Positions 17,070-18,034 of a DNA stretch of 18,034 bases are shown in pieces. The notes beneath the pieces are model-generated. The model was not told where the DNA came from. It saw only the letters and a program-made list of their open reading frames with translations, and did not search any database. Numbering within the stretch: the first letter of the stretch is position 1; the number at the start of each line of letters is the position of its first letter. The stretch is from Paramicrosporidium saccamoebae KSL3 (lineage: Eukaryota > Fungi > Cryptomycota): assembly GCA_002794465.1 (NCBI GenBank), contig MTSL01000106.1:1-18034 (forward strand). Reading direction: 5' to 3'. Position numbers and translations under genes: made by a program.

Positions 17070-18034
17070 ATGGTCAAGAAAAAGATAGACCAGCGCATTC
17101 GAACCCTGATTGAGAATGGCGTGCAGACCCGGCACCGCTCTCTCTTTATCATGGTTGGTGATCACGGTGCCAACCAAGTGGCCAACCTGCACTATATCCT
17201 AAGCAAGGCCCAAGTCGCCCGTCGTCCCTCTGTTCTCTGGTGCTACAAGAAGGAACTGAACCTAAGCAGCAACAAAAAGAAGCGTATGAAACAGATGAAA
17301 CAAAAAAAGCAACTAGGACTACTTGATGCAGCGCGTATCGAAGAGGATCCGTTCGAGCTGTTCCTCTCCTCAACGGACATTCGGTACACTTTCTATCACG
17401 AAACGGACAAGATCCTGGGAAACACGTTTGGAATGTGCGTGCTGCAGGACTTTGAGGCACTGACACCAAATCTGCTTGCACGGACTATTGAAACAGTGCA
17501 AGGAGGTGGCGTAGTCATCTTGTTACTACAAACACTCACTTCATTGAAACAGCTCTACACCATGAGCATGGATGTGCACAGCCGATACAGAACTGAAGGA
17601 CACAGTGATGCGGTTGCCCGTTTTAATGAAAGGTTCTTGCTGTCTCTGACCGGTTGTGAATCGTGTCTCGTTGTTGACGACCAACTCAACGTCCTACCCA
17701 TCTCCACTACTTGCAATGAAATTGTCCCCATCAACAAGGAGACTATTGAAGGAATCAAGACCCCTGAAGAGGTCGAGTTGGAAAAACTAAAGACTGCCTT
17801 GGCCGCAGACGGAAAAAGCAACACCAAGCTGAATGCCGTTTCATCGCTGACAAATCTCGCCAAGACACTCGATCAAGCCAAGGTGGTGCAGTCGGTTGTA
17901 GGCATTCTAGCTGATCAGAACCACACACTTCGAACCACAGTTTCATTGACAGCCGCTCGTGGTCGGGGGAAATCGGCTGCTTTGGGTCTTTCTCTTGCGG
18001 CTGCCGTCTCGGCGGGCTACGGAAACATCTTTGT
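17070..18034 (+). CDS. NAT10: RNA cytidine acetyltransferase NAT10/Kre33, 5' part (runs off the window end; absent from the ORF track)
   Basis: MVKKKIDQRIRTLIENG..RHRSLFIMVGD, VLWCYKKEL, ILGNTFGMCVLQDFEALTPNLLARTIETVQGGG, RFNERFLLSL, Walker A TAARGRGKSAALGL. Confidence 0.96.
   Translation, partial: MVKKKIDQRIRTLIENGVQTRHRSLFIMVGDHGANQVANLHYILSKAQVARRPSVLWCYKKELNLSSNKKKRMKQMKQKKQLGLLDAARIEEDPFELFLSSTDIRYTFYHETDKILGNTFGMCVLQDFEALTPNLLARTIETVQGGGVVILLLQTLTSLKQLYTMSMDVHSRYRTEGHSDAVARFNERFLLSLTGCESCLVVDDQLNVLPISTTCNEIVPINKETIEGIKTPEEVELEKLKTALAADGKSNTKLNAVSSLTNLAKTLDQAKVVQSVVGILADQNHTLRTTVSLTAARGRGKSAALGLSLAAAVSAGYGNIF

Overview
Gene-dense eukaryotic nuclear DNA. The proteins are fungus-like, mitochondrial functions are retained, most intergenic gaps are under 150 bp and the introns are tiny. 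My inference is an early-diverging, reduced fungal relative such as a Rozellomycota/Paramicrosporidium-like organism, but this cannot be proven from the window. I reconstruct 14 protein genes: XRN2/Rat1, DcpS, 3-hydroxyisobutyrate dehydrogenase, PFK-2/FBPase-2, acetyl-CoA transporter, a mini Vps51-domain protein, an orphan mitochondrial helical protein, Cox17, Rpn2, Pdx2, a Ctr copper transporter, mitochondrial S14, a Pbs2-like MAP2K and a 5'-part of NAT10/Kre33. There is also a U6 snRNA gene and tRNA-Glu(TTC). The ORF track is fragmented because of 17 introns of 27-38 nt, all starting GTA and ending TAG, with little +5G conservation. The same window holds a U6 gene with a canonical ACAGAGA box but a substituted ISL and an extra 3' hairpin. 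Other oddities: XRN2 and DcpS start codons only 21 bp apart head-to-head, PDX2 stop abutting the Ctr start (TAAATG), stop-free in-frame introns (one splitting the kinase HRD motif), and a 600-bp repeat-rich, LTR-like island between convergent genes.
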